From positions 9,610,001 to 9,674,000 of the forward strand of contig JAQFVV010000004.1 of the NCBI GenBank assembly GCA_028023455.1: a stretch of 64,000 nt of DNA. Direction: 5' to 3'. Below the pieces are notes generated by a model. The model ran no database searches. It was not told the DNA's origin and worked only from the letters and a program-made list of their open reading frames with translations. Each line of letters starts with the position of its first letter. Within the stretch, counting starts at the first letter, position 1. The DNA comes from Epiperipatus broadwayi (lineage: Eukaryota; Animalia; Onychophora). The translations under genes were made by a program, and so were the position numbers. Positions 1-9,906 of this stretch are shown here, in pieces.

Positions 1-472
1 TGATTTCTTTATATACATGGTTTGCATACCATATTTATATGTATTCATTGAAACTTTCTTATTGACATAATTTTGTGCCATCAATGATTTCTCCCGTATC
101 TACTCTAAGGTGTAAATAAAGTTTTAATTTTGAAAGTAAATTCAAATAATGGCCTTGTTCTCCAATAAATATATTCTTAGCACTTTTTGTCATTGGCCAC
201 CAACAACTGTTTTGGCTAGTGACTTTTTAGCCTGCTGGCAATAAGGATCATGATTGTTTTCTCTGTCATGATTGTAAATATCTATAAATAAGCATCCATG
301 CACATTAATCCTGCCTTTAGAAAACATCAACTGATATTTTAGTAAAAAAGATCAGAAAGTTGATAAAAAAATATTGTAATGTTTCTTGATCTTAAACTCA
401 GAGGTAAAATGCCATTAAACTCACCACATTGGCTCTTGCATGTTGGTAAGAAGTTCATCCATGTTCATTTAC

Positions 473-546
473 CATATAAATAATCACAAAGTAATAACAT
501 TTGCAAGACAAAAACATGTGAAATGATTTTGCTTAATTTTTTAAGA
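473..546 (-). CDS. Candidate coding exon of a minus-strand gene running off the left edge (reads (H)LKKLSKIISHVFVLQMLLLCDYLY(G), signal-peptide-like)
   Basis: Strong acceptor ctattatttctttttcAG at 547-548, donor G|GTAAAT at 471-472, one open frame. Phase fits an upstream exon ending ATG AAT ATC CA|GTAAGT at 3440. An alternative donor TG|GTGAGT at 423-424 would instead give MNMDELLTNMQEPMW, so the model is ambiguous. Confidence 0.35.
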
Positions 547-850
547 CTGAAAAAGAAATAATAGTATTTTAATGTATTATCAATTTATCATCAATTATCA
601 TTGTGATTACACTTACTATGTACTTCTGGCAAAATTTCGAAGAATAAATTATATTCTCATATATATATTACTACATTTAATTTCTTTAATTAAAAATATT
701 GTTTCTACTGGTTGAGTTAGAACATTTTTTTAGTTAAAAATATAAATGTAGAGGGATTTGACACAGACTTTCAAGCAACCTTCAACTAAATACAAACTAT
801 CTTATATCACTGATGCACATGACCTCTACATATGGAGAAGAGATAAATAA

Positions 851-898
851 TCACCAATATACATATTTCATACTGAACCAGAACTCATCAGTTGGTCC
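851..898 (-). ncRNA. Minimal type I hammerhead ribozyme motif, partly degenerate (family A)
   Basis: Reverse complement reads ctggaccaa CTGATGA gttct-ggttc-agtat GAAA tatgta TA ttggtga. Stem I is ACCAA/TTGGT and stem II has one mismatch. Confidence 0.65.
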
Positions 899-1744
899 AG
901 ATTATCATATTCTACACATCAGTGCTCAGTTTATATTAAGATAGTAAATATTCATACTTTAATGGACAGGCTTCAATCTACTCTAGCTTCCAACTCTTCA
1001 GTCATCTATACCATTGAAAATCCCATGCCCATGTTGACTTCAAATCACTCTGACCCCTCATGTATAGAACCTTGGATTTGAAATACAGACATTCTTCATA
1101 TACCTGGAGTTTAATTGTAAATATAGAGGATTTGAAAACAGAATCTCAAGCACAATCCACACTATCTCATACCACTGATATACATGACCACACATTTGTA
1201 GAAAAGATAAATAATCACCAATATACATATTTCATGCTGAATCAGCATCATCACTTCATCCATATTATCATCTCCCACACATCAGTGCTCAGTTTATATT
1301 AAGATAGCAAATCTTCATACTTTAATGGACAGGCTTCAATGTACTCTAACCTCCAACTCTTCAGCCATTCATGCCATTGAAAATCTGATGATGAAAAGCC
1401 CAAACCCCCATGCCCATCTTTCTTCTATGTTTTTAAATGGATATGGTCCTATACATGAGGGGTCAGAATGACTTGAGGTCAATGTGGGCATGGCAATAGT
1501 GTTGGGATCAGCATGGGATTTGGGATTTTCATTGATTTTCAATAGTATGGATGGCTGGAGAGTTGGAGATTAGGGTAGATTGAAGACTGTCCACAAGTAT
1601 GAAGATTTGCTATATTAATATAAACTAAGCACTGACTATATATGTGTGTGGGAGATGATAATCTGGACCAAATGATGAGTGCTGGTTCAGTAGATCATCA
1701 GAATAGCTTTCCAAAGCCATATCATACTATGAGAAATTCTAACA

Positions 1745-2120
1745 TCTACAAAGTCTAAACTTGAAATGCTAAAAAACTGGATCTATAAAATACCATGTGA
1801 ATGTGGAAGAACATATAGTGGTGAGACAAATTATCCTATTAAAAAATGCTTGCAAGAACACAAACTGATGATTAGGAGAAAACAGACATGTCTAAAATCG
1901 CAGACCAGGTATGTGCTAATGAATAAATGTTCAATTGGGGAAACACAAAAATATTGGATAAAGAAAAGGTACAAAAAAGAAAATTTTAAAAAGCTGTTCA
2001 GATGACAATGGCAAAAAATTCCATAAGTCAAACTAGTATGACTATACATAATGTATGGAAACCACCAATCAACTTTGCTCTTAAGAAAAAGTGGAGAAAT
2101 CAGGAGGAATCTCATAGATA
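1745..2120 (+). pseudogene. Penelope-like element GIY-YIG endonuclease fragment (frameshifted)
   Basis: ORF 1766-2005 contains WIYKIPCECGRTYSGETNYPIKKCLQEH, matching the PLE motif GIYxIPCxCGxxYIGETxRxLxxRxxEH. A second frame continues NWGNTKILDKEKVQKRKF...ISQTSMTIHNVWKP, the typical C-terminal part. Confidence 0.85.
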
Positions 2121-2139
2121 AGTATATGAGATTTCTACT

Positions 2140-2465
2140 AACTGTTGTCTTTGGCAGAATGAATCAGTTGGATAAGGCATTACTTTAAAATTCAATACTC
2201 AAGAATCTAAGGGTCCAAGTTCAAATCCAATGCTAGTAATATCACTGGTTAGGCCAGCAACATATGAAGCAGAGGGGAAATTTCTCTCAAAAATTGTGCA
2301 TATACTAACCTGTTTGATATGCTATTACTAACAGTTGAATGTATTTGGAATATTTAAATAAAAGTTAAATTTTTCTAAATACATTCAATACTCATATTAG
2401 ATGATGGAAATAGTCCAATATAAAAATACAAGTAAATCATCATCATCACAAACCTTCAGGAAAAC
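2140..2465 (+). mobile_element. Family C repeat with tRNA-like head (degenerate copy)
   Basis: Homologous to 27770-28070 (tcaagaatctaagg...gttcaa...ggccag...ctattactaac...gatggaaatagtccaa...acaaaccttcag). Contains a B-box-like agttcaaatcc. Confidence 0.7.
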
Positions 2466-3439
2466 ATACTGGTGATTATTTATTATTTCTACGGGTGTGT
2501 GGTCATGTGTATCAATGATATGAGATAGTATGAATAGTTAAAGGGTGCGTGAAAGTCTGTTTTCAAATTCCCTATATATTTACAATTAAGCTCCAGGTAT
2601 ATGAAGAATGCCTGTATTTCAAATCTTAGTTAAAAAAATATGCAACTATAAAATTATATTTTTATTTTAGTATTCTTTTATTTAATTATTTTAGGAATGA
2701 ATTATTTTCATATGTGTTGTAAAATAAACTTTTTATTGAATTAAGTGCTTTTAAATCTTATTCATGCCTATTCTTTATATAATAAGCTTGCCTTAGAGAA
2801 CAATTTGCATTTCCACTTTTGATGGGCCTCTATATTCTTAACTTTTTTCATATACAAGGCACATAAATCTTATAATTATGACACTACTTTCATTATACCC
2901 CAACTGATTACATTTAATTGGACTACTTTTGATAAAAACAAAACTGTCAAATGCTGTTCTATATATGGAAAACATCTTTAGCCACTGTTTTGAAACTTAG
3001 TGAACTATAATAAATAAATAAATAAAATTATAAACTAAATTCTAATTCATAATTCAACTATCCTCACTGCAATATGAATGTGTTTAAAATGTATTAATTC
3101 AAAATCATCTAGGAATTGTATTTTTTTATATTTCATCTACATATAAAGTTTTAATTGTGTGGATGTCTTAATGTATATAAGTATGTAAAAAAATATTTTA
3201 TCATATATATTTAAAATTTCTGTATTATATATACCCATAGAAGCATGTATGGTAAAATGTCTTTGTATAATATTCTATTCTTACTGTTAATTATTTTTTT
3301 TAATTAAATTGTATTATAAGTATTATATATATAAGAGTTTAAATCTATTTTATATAGCAGTAGTACTGTTTACAAATGTAGAGTAACTATCATAGAGGGG
3401 GTATCATGGAATTAAATGATGAGGATATAATAGACTTAC

Positions 3440-3570
3440 TGGATATTCATACATCAATTTATTATTTAGGTCAGTGTTTCTTAAAGGAGGCAGTAGTAGT
3501 CATTAACGACTTGGATATCCTTAAATTTTAAACAGAATATAGAGGATGTAATATGAGAAAGAACAGAAAC
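3440..3570 (-). CDS. Candidate 5'-UTR/start exon (ATG AAT ATC CA at its 3' end)
   Basis: Consensus donor CCA|GTAAGT at 3438-3439 and acceptor ttcaaagtgtttcAG near 3570. It lies just left of the E2F/CpG zone, and its phase joins the 473-546 exon. Confidence 0.3.
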
Positions 3571-4029
3571 CTGAAACACTTTGAAAATAATAATGTAAAT
3601 CTCCAAGACAATAAACTGAAATTAAAATTTTGCGTGGGTAATTAAAGTCCTAAAATTATATTTTTACATTTTATTTATAAACGAGCAGTTTTTGTTTATT
3701 TAATTACAATATTTCTACTTATTTCCGTTTATTATATATATGCAGACCCTGTCACCCAAACAATGTAAATAAATATCAGATTCAATTGTTAAAGTTTAGT
3801 TATCAAGTTATTAAACTGACAATTTATAATAAACATTATTGTTTTACTTCAAACTGTATTTGTATATTTACAAATGTTGGCTGACATTTGCTTTTTGATA
3901 ATAAATTTTAAAAGCAAATAATATTTTTAAATCTGACTAATGTTTTTACAGCTATTGGTTATACAAAATGTGAAAATACTTTTGAAAATAAATTTATGAG
4001 TTTATATGTATAACTTAGAATTGTTTTTT

Positions 4030-4304
4030 TTATTTATTTATTTAAAAGCTTTTAATTGACGATTATAAAAGAATTTAATTGTTACAATTTCAAAACCTTT
4101 TTTATGCAAAAAGGGTAGATCAAAAAACAAAGACAAATTTGTAAATGAGTCTTTTTTTTTTAATATTTTTTTTTAATGAAGTATTTGGCTTCATTCATTT
4201 AAAACAGGTAATAGGATTTGACGAAGATGAAATTTTGTTTTAAAAAGTCAGTTATACGTTAACTGAATCTTGACACAAATTTTCGCGCCAAATCATTTGA
4301 AGAA

Positions 4305-4336
<32 letters not shown>

Positions 4337-4520
4337 ACGGAATTATAACAAACAACGTGAATTTTAAATAAATTCATTAAAGTTGATGATACAATTTTAA
4401 AATTGAGTATTAAATAAATTATATTACGAAAGGGACACGAAATTGTTTACTATCACTCATATCAAATTTTATCCATTAATTGCAATAATCGATTTCCTAA
4501 TAATTTCAAACCGCCTAAAA
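4030..4520. promoter_or_regulatory. CpG-enriched promoter-like region with overlapping inverted E2F sites TTTTCGCGCCAAA (4280-4292)
   Basis: About ten CpGs in 500 bp against a CpG-poor background. TTTCGCGC on the plus strand and TTTGGCGC on the minus strand both fit the E2F consensus TTTSSCGC. Confidence 0.6.
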
Positions 4521-4650
4521 GCAAAAAAGTTACAATTCTTGCCTTCTGATTTAGGAAACAGAGTTGAAAATAATAATTTAGTACTAACTATTAAAAGTAA
4601 ATAATATTTAAATATATGTATATTATTTTTGCTAAACTCAACATCATTAT

Positions 4651-5285
4651 AAGGGACATGAACTCAGACTTTCAAGCTCCCTACAAGTATCCAATCCATT
4701 TTATATAACCGATACACAAGACCATATAAGTGGGAAAATGATAAAAGATCTCCAATATACGTTTTGGTGATAAACTAGTACTCATCAGCTGTTCCAGATC
4801 ACCATCTTCCCCAACATATGTACAATCAGCGCTCAGTTTATATTAAGATAGCAAATGCTATCTTAATATAAATTGAGCCCTGATTGTACATATGTGTAGA
4901 AAATGTTGATCTGGAACAACTGATCAATATTGGTTTATCACCAAATATGTATATTGGAGATTGCTATCTTAATTTTTAACTGAGCACTGATTGTATATGT
5001 GTGTGGAAGATGGTGATCTGGACAGCTGATGAAGGCTGGTTTATTACCAAATATGTTTATTGGAGATCATTTATCAAAGATTTTCTATCTTAATATAAAC
5101 TGAGCACTGATTGTACATTCATGTGGAAAATGGTGATCTGGAACAGCTGATGAGTATCGGTTTATCACTAAATATGTATATTGGAGATCATTTATCATTT
5201 TCACACTTATATGGTCATGTGTATCAGTTATATAAAATGGATTGGATAGTTGTAGGGACCTTGAAAGTTTGAGTTCTGGTCCCTT
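4651..5285. mobile_element. Foldback family A-related element: 202 bp left arm and a right arm with three tandem 106-121 bp hammerhead-like monomers
   Basis: Palindrome centre gatagc-aaat-gctatc (4847-4862). The ends agggacatgaactcagactttcaag and cttgaaagtttgagttctggtccct are complementary. CTGATGA/CTGATCA cores lie at 4782-4788 (-), 4920, 5026 and 5147. Confidence 0.85.
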
Positions 5286-5387
5286 AAAAGCAAATAAATA
5301 AATAAAAAAGAAATATCAAAATCATAAAAATGTTAAAAAATAAAAACAAGAAATACAATAAATATTAAAATAAGTATTTCAAAATTG

Positions 5388-6272
5388 GTAGTCTTCTCTT
5401 AGCATGTTAAAACTGTGAGAGCCATACTCTCTATGCAAACACACAGAAATATGCCACTTACGTGGCCTAATATTTCTGTGCTTTTGCATAGAAAGTTACA
5501 GCCTATAGAACCTTCTGTTCATATTGACCATCACAGGCTTAGTATGGTGTTGCACACCAATATTATGGCCCAATGCACACACTTAACAGATTGCTACTGT
5601 ATATCATGAGGGTGTTTGGAATTCAACTGGCCATAACTGTTGTAATATGCCTTCATAATAGTGATCTTACACCCTAACTGATGTACTAATACATACTAAT
5701 AATTATAAGGCCATCCCACACTTCCCTAAATATCACAGAATGTGAAAACTATTGCAAAAGGATTGGACCAAGCACCATTTCACACAAGTCATGTGAAAAG
5801 ACACATTTGTATAAAAACAGCTATGAGCCAAATGAAATGGCTGAGGTTGCATGTTGTTTTGGAAATCATGATACACTGACATGTCTAATGTAATTATTGT
5901 ATTTTTATAAAATAATGTCAGTTCATAAAATGAGTACTGCATCTTTTGGCCCATTTTTCAGACTGGCAAAATCATCCCACACACACCCCATGCAGCGCTG
6001 ACTTGTGGAATGTAATTTAAAATATTGTAATTTTTGTATTTTCAAAAATGTTTTTTACAAAATAATGCCATTTCGTAAATTGTTTAAAAATAGTTTTCAA
6101 AATGTTGTAAGGTGCTAAAATGTCTAATGTAATTTTAAAATGTAATTATTCCATTTTATAAAATAATGTTAAAGTTGAAAATTTAAAAAAAAGGCCTCTT
6201 AACATTATATTTGTGTTTGTTTACCTAAAAAGTATACCCTCTCACAGTTTCAACACGTTAAGAAAAGTCTAC
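5388..6272. mobile_element. Non-autonomous DNA transposon (MITE-like) with about 41 bp imperfect terminal inverted repeats
   Basis: Left end gtagtcttctcttagcatgttaaaactgtgagagccatact versus reverse complement of right end gtagacttttcttaacgtgttgaaactgtgagagggtatact. There is no coding capacity and the interior has short duplications. Confidence 0.65.
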
Positions 6273-8444
6273 CTCCAAATTAAATAGTAGTAGCCAAATA
6301 CTAATCAAATAAATAAAATATTAGTAATAGCATAAATGAATTATGAAAATCTAGATTTAAAACTTATATAAAATAAAAACAAATTGGGAGGAGGGAAGCA
6401 AGACATGTTAAAATGAAATTTTTTTAAAACAATTGACAATCATAGCATATATTTTTATTCTTAATTAGCAACTTTAAAATATTATCCCTTAATTAACTAA
6501 GTTGTTTGACTTCATAAAAACATCATTGTCTTTGCAAATCAAACACGAAGTGATTTGAATGATATTCCATTGTTGAATTCTAAGTATAGAAGAATAAAGT
6601 TGAACAAAATAATAGGAGCACCATGCCAACATTCACACCAAAAATGCCTCTATTACATGTATGATAAAATTACATATTTGAACAATGCCTGAATAAACAT
6701 TAAACTTTCCTAATGAAATATATTAAGAGATATTACACTCTCATTTCCCATTTAAACATGGCTCATGAAATCTCAGAAATATTTAAATAGTCTCATTTCT
6801 CACTATATGATCTTTGAAATATAACAATATTGATAAATATGAGTATATCTTAAGTATGACTACAATGATTGCTGCAAGAGAGTACCATAATATGGTTGCA
6901 TAAATTATGAAAGTTGTATCACTATATTACATAAAGGAAAGCCATATAAATGGTAATATTTATAGTTTGTGAGGGTAAGGTAGGGAACCAAGTGTAAATC
7001 ATTTCAGTGGTTCAAATCTATAAATAATTAGTCTAGTTATATGTCTTTTTCTAATTCAGTTCTTATATTTATGACATTATTGATTCAGTGACATATTACT
7101 TCAAAATCATACATAATATAAAATCAGTGGTTTTAAATGTATACATATTCACTTATAAATATTCCACCCATAAAGCTCATAAGTGATTGTTACCAATGGA
7201 TTCTGCAATATTTAGATATATAAAACTGTCTGTATGATTTATTTTTCTACAATTTTGCATTTCTTATTACACTATTTTGTAAAGCTTCGCAGTTTCTTTT
7301 GGAAATAATTAATTTCCAAAAAAAGTTGCTTTTAGATGGTTTTGTTCTTTCATCATTAATTACTATATTTGAAATTATCAATCTTAGTAAATTTAATAAT
7401 TCAGGAATTTTAAACAATGATGCTTTAGTTAAATGAATCTCTTATTAGTTGAAATATTTTTCTGATGATATTTAAAATACTAAACAGCTTTCTTAGGATT
7501 TTATTACTTTAAAACATATTATGGTTTGAAGTATTTATATTTCTGTGTTACATAAATAGAATTTTATTATAATAAGAGTATTTATTATCCTGTCCAATGT
7601 TTTCTTATAAGGCCTTTTCAAATTACAATAAGTTATAGCAATTGGAATAATTTCTTAACCATGATTATTAATTTTCCTAAGAGCACTTGAAGGTTTTGTA
7701 ATGGTCACCATAAAAGTAGAATTTACTAATAGAATTTCAATATATATACAGTTAATAGATATTGTTATTTAGAATATAACATCTATCCTACAAAATAAAA
7801 CAAAAGATTTTTAAAATAGTATATGAAATTCTTTCTATTGATAAATATTGAGAATGAACATTTTTTTGAAATAAATATCATTGTTCTAATTTCCAAGATT
7901 ATCACTCTATTACAGGATTTAATTCAGATTTTCCGATTCATAGATTTTCATCTCCTCATCACACCAAAAAGTTACTTATTTTATACAACCACCTTACTCT
8001 TTTTTTTCTAGACTTTTTATAATTTTCTTAGTTCCATTTATTTTCAGTATTCTTCACTACAAATAATTAATTATATTAAGTTTTTATCTAATTTAAAAGC
8101 ATAATATTTAATTTGTTAATAAATATTCAGAAATCTATTATATTTCTATATATAATAAAATAAAATACTGGAATTATCTTTACAATTTTCATCCACCAAA
8201 ATTTGAAAAACCAAATACTCCTATAATTATTTGGTCATATGACTACCATCTTCGGTAGCATTTACAAAAGAATTAATTCTTCAATTTTTGATACAATAAC
8301 TGTAACACAGGCTTGTTATATACCTATGTCTATATATGTAATATATAGGGTATATGAGCACAGACTTTCACCCGACCAACCACTCTCCACTCTATCTCAT
8401 AACACTGATACACCCAAACACATATATGTCGAAAAGATAAATAA

Positions 8445-8492
8445 TCACCAATATACCTATTTCATGCTAAACCAGCAATCATCAGGTGGTCC
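8445..8492 (-). ncRNA. Minimal hammerhead motif, array unit 1
   Basis: Reverse complement: ctggaccac CTGATGA t-tgct-ggttt-agca-t GAAA taggta TA ttggtga. Confidence 0.65.
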
Positions 8493-8917
8493 AGATTATT
8501 ATCTCTACCCATATATGCCATAAGTGCTTAGATATATATATTAAGATAGCCAATTGTCATACTTTAATGAACAGGTTTCAATCTACTCCACATTCCAACT
8601 CTTCAACCATCCATCCAATTGAAAATCTGATGATGGAATGCTCAAAGGCCACCCTAAGGCTGAGATTATTGTCACACCCATGTTAATCTAAGGTCAATCT
8701 GACCCCTCACGTATAGGACATAATCCATTTAATGTATACAAGGGATGGACAAACATCTCTACTAATGTAATAACTGGAACACAGGCTTATTATATACCTA
8801 TGTCTATATATGTAATATATAGGGTATATGAGCACAGACTTTCACCCAACCCACCACTCTCCACCTACCTCATAACACTGATACACCCAAACACATATAT
8901 ATCAAAAACATAAATAA

Positions 8918-8965
8918 TCACCAATATATGTATTTCATGCTAAACCAGCAATCATCAGGTGGTCC
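8918..8965 (-). ncRNA. Minimal hammerhead motif, array unit 2
   Basis: Reverse complement: ctggaccac CTGATGA ttgctggtttagcat GAAA tacata TA ttggtga. Confidence 0.65.
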
Positions 8966-9388
8966 AGATTATTATCTCTACACATATATGCCATAAGTGC
9001 TCAGATATATATTAAAATAGCCAATCGTCATACTTTAATGAACAGGCTTCAATCTACTCCACATTCCAACTCTTCAACCATCCACCAATTGAAAATCTGT
9101 GATGGAATGCTCAAAGGCCACCCTGAGGCTGAGATTCTTGTCACACCCACGTTGATCTAAGGTCAATCTGACCCCTCATGTACAAGACATAATCCATTTA
9201 ATACATATACAAGGGATGGGCAGACATCTCTATTAATGTAATAACTGGAACACAGGCTTGTTATATACCTATGTCTATATATGTAATATATAGGGTATAT
9301 GAGCACAGACTTTCACCCAACCCACCACTCTCCACCTATCTCATAACACTGATACACCCAAACACATATATGTTGAAAAGATAAATAA

Positions 9389-9436
9389 TCACCAATATAC
9401 ATATTTCATGCTAAACCAGCAATCATCAGTTGGTCC
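9389..9436 (-). ncRNA. Minimal hammerhead motif, array unit 3
   Basis: Reverse complement: ctggaccaa CTGATGA ttgctggtttagcat GAAA tatgta TA ttggtga. Confidence 0.7.
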
Positions 9437-9859
9437 AGATTATTATCTCTACACATATATGCCATAAGTGCTCAGATATATATTAAAATAGCCAATCTTC
9501 ATACTTTACTGGACAGGCTTCAATCTACTCCACATTCTAACTTTTCAACCATCCATCCAATTGAAAATCTGATGATGGAATGCTCAAAGGCCACCCTGAG
9601 GCTGAGATTCTTGTATATGTATTAAATGGATTATGTCCTATACATGAGGGATCAGATTGACCTTAGATCATCATGGGTGTGACAAGAATCTCAGGCTCAG
9701 GATGACCTTTGGTCATTCCATCATCAGATTTTCAATTGAATGGATGGTTGAAGAGTTGGAATGTGAAGTAGATTGAAGCCTGTCCATTAACGTATGAAGA
9801 TTGGCTATCTTAATATATATCTGAGCACTTATGACATATATGTGAAGAGATAATAATCT

Positions 9860-9906
9860 GGACCAACTGATGATTGCTGGTTTAGCATGAAATACGTATA
9901 TTGGTG
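9860..9906 (+). ncRNA. Minimal hammerhead motif, inverted unit (best-preserved family A copy in the array)
   Basis: ACCAA (9862-9866), CTGATGA (9867-9873), TGCT/AGCA stem II with a T-T closing mismatch, GAAA (9889-9892), palindromic ATACGTAT, A9900, TTGGT (9901-9905). Confidence 0.75.

Larger units (their letters stand above)
765..2630. mobile_element. Cluster of hammerhead-bearing family A repeats (two minus-strand copies and one plus-strand copy split by a nested insertion)
   Basis: Copies at about 765-1060 and 1140-1420 share ataaataatcaccaatatacatatttcat...tcagtgctcagtttatattaagatag. An inverted copy starts near 1440, breaks at about 1690 and resumes at about 2470-2630. The same sequence recurs at 4651-5285 and 8305-10010. 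Confidence 0.85.

Noticed and set aside
8625-8660. Second CTGATGA in each family A unit (aatctgatgatggaatg; also 1385, 9569, 9720)
   Set aside because: No stem II-GAAA follows, so it is not a hammerhead.
1060-8686. ORFs 1060-1302, 8239-8523 and 8486-8686 sharing EKINNHQYTYFMLNQ
   Set aside because: The shared peptide is the antisense reading of the family A ribozyme. Frames break between copies, so it is non-coding repeat.
4857-9620. Regularly spaced repeats as a CRISPR array
   Set aside because: The units are 106-474 bp near-identical tandems without unique spacers, there are no cas genes, and the context is eukaryotic.
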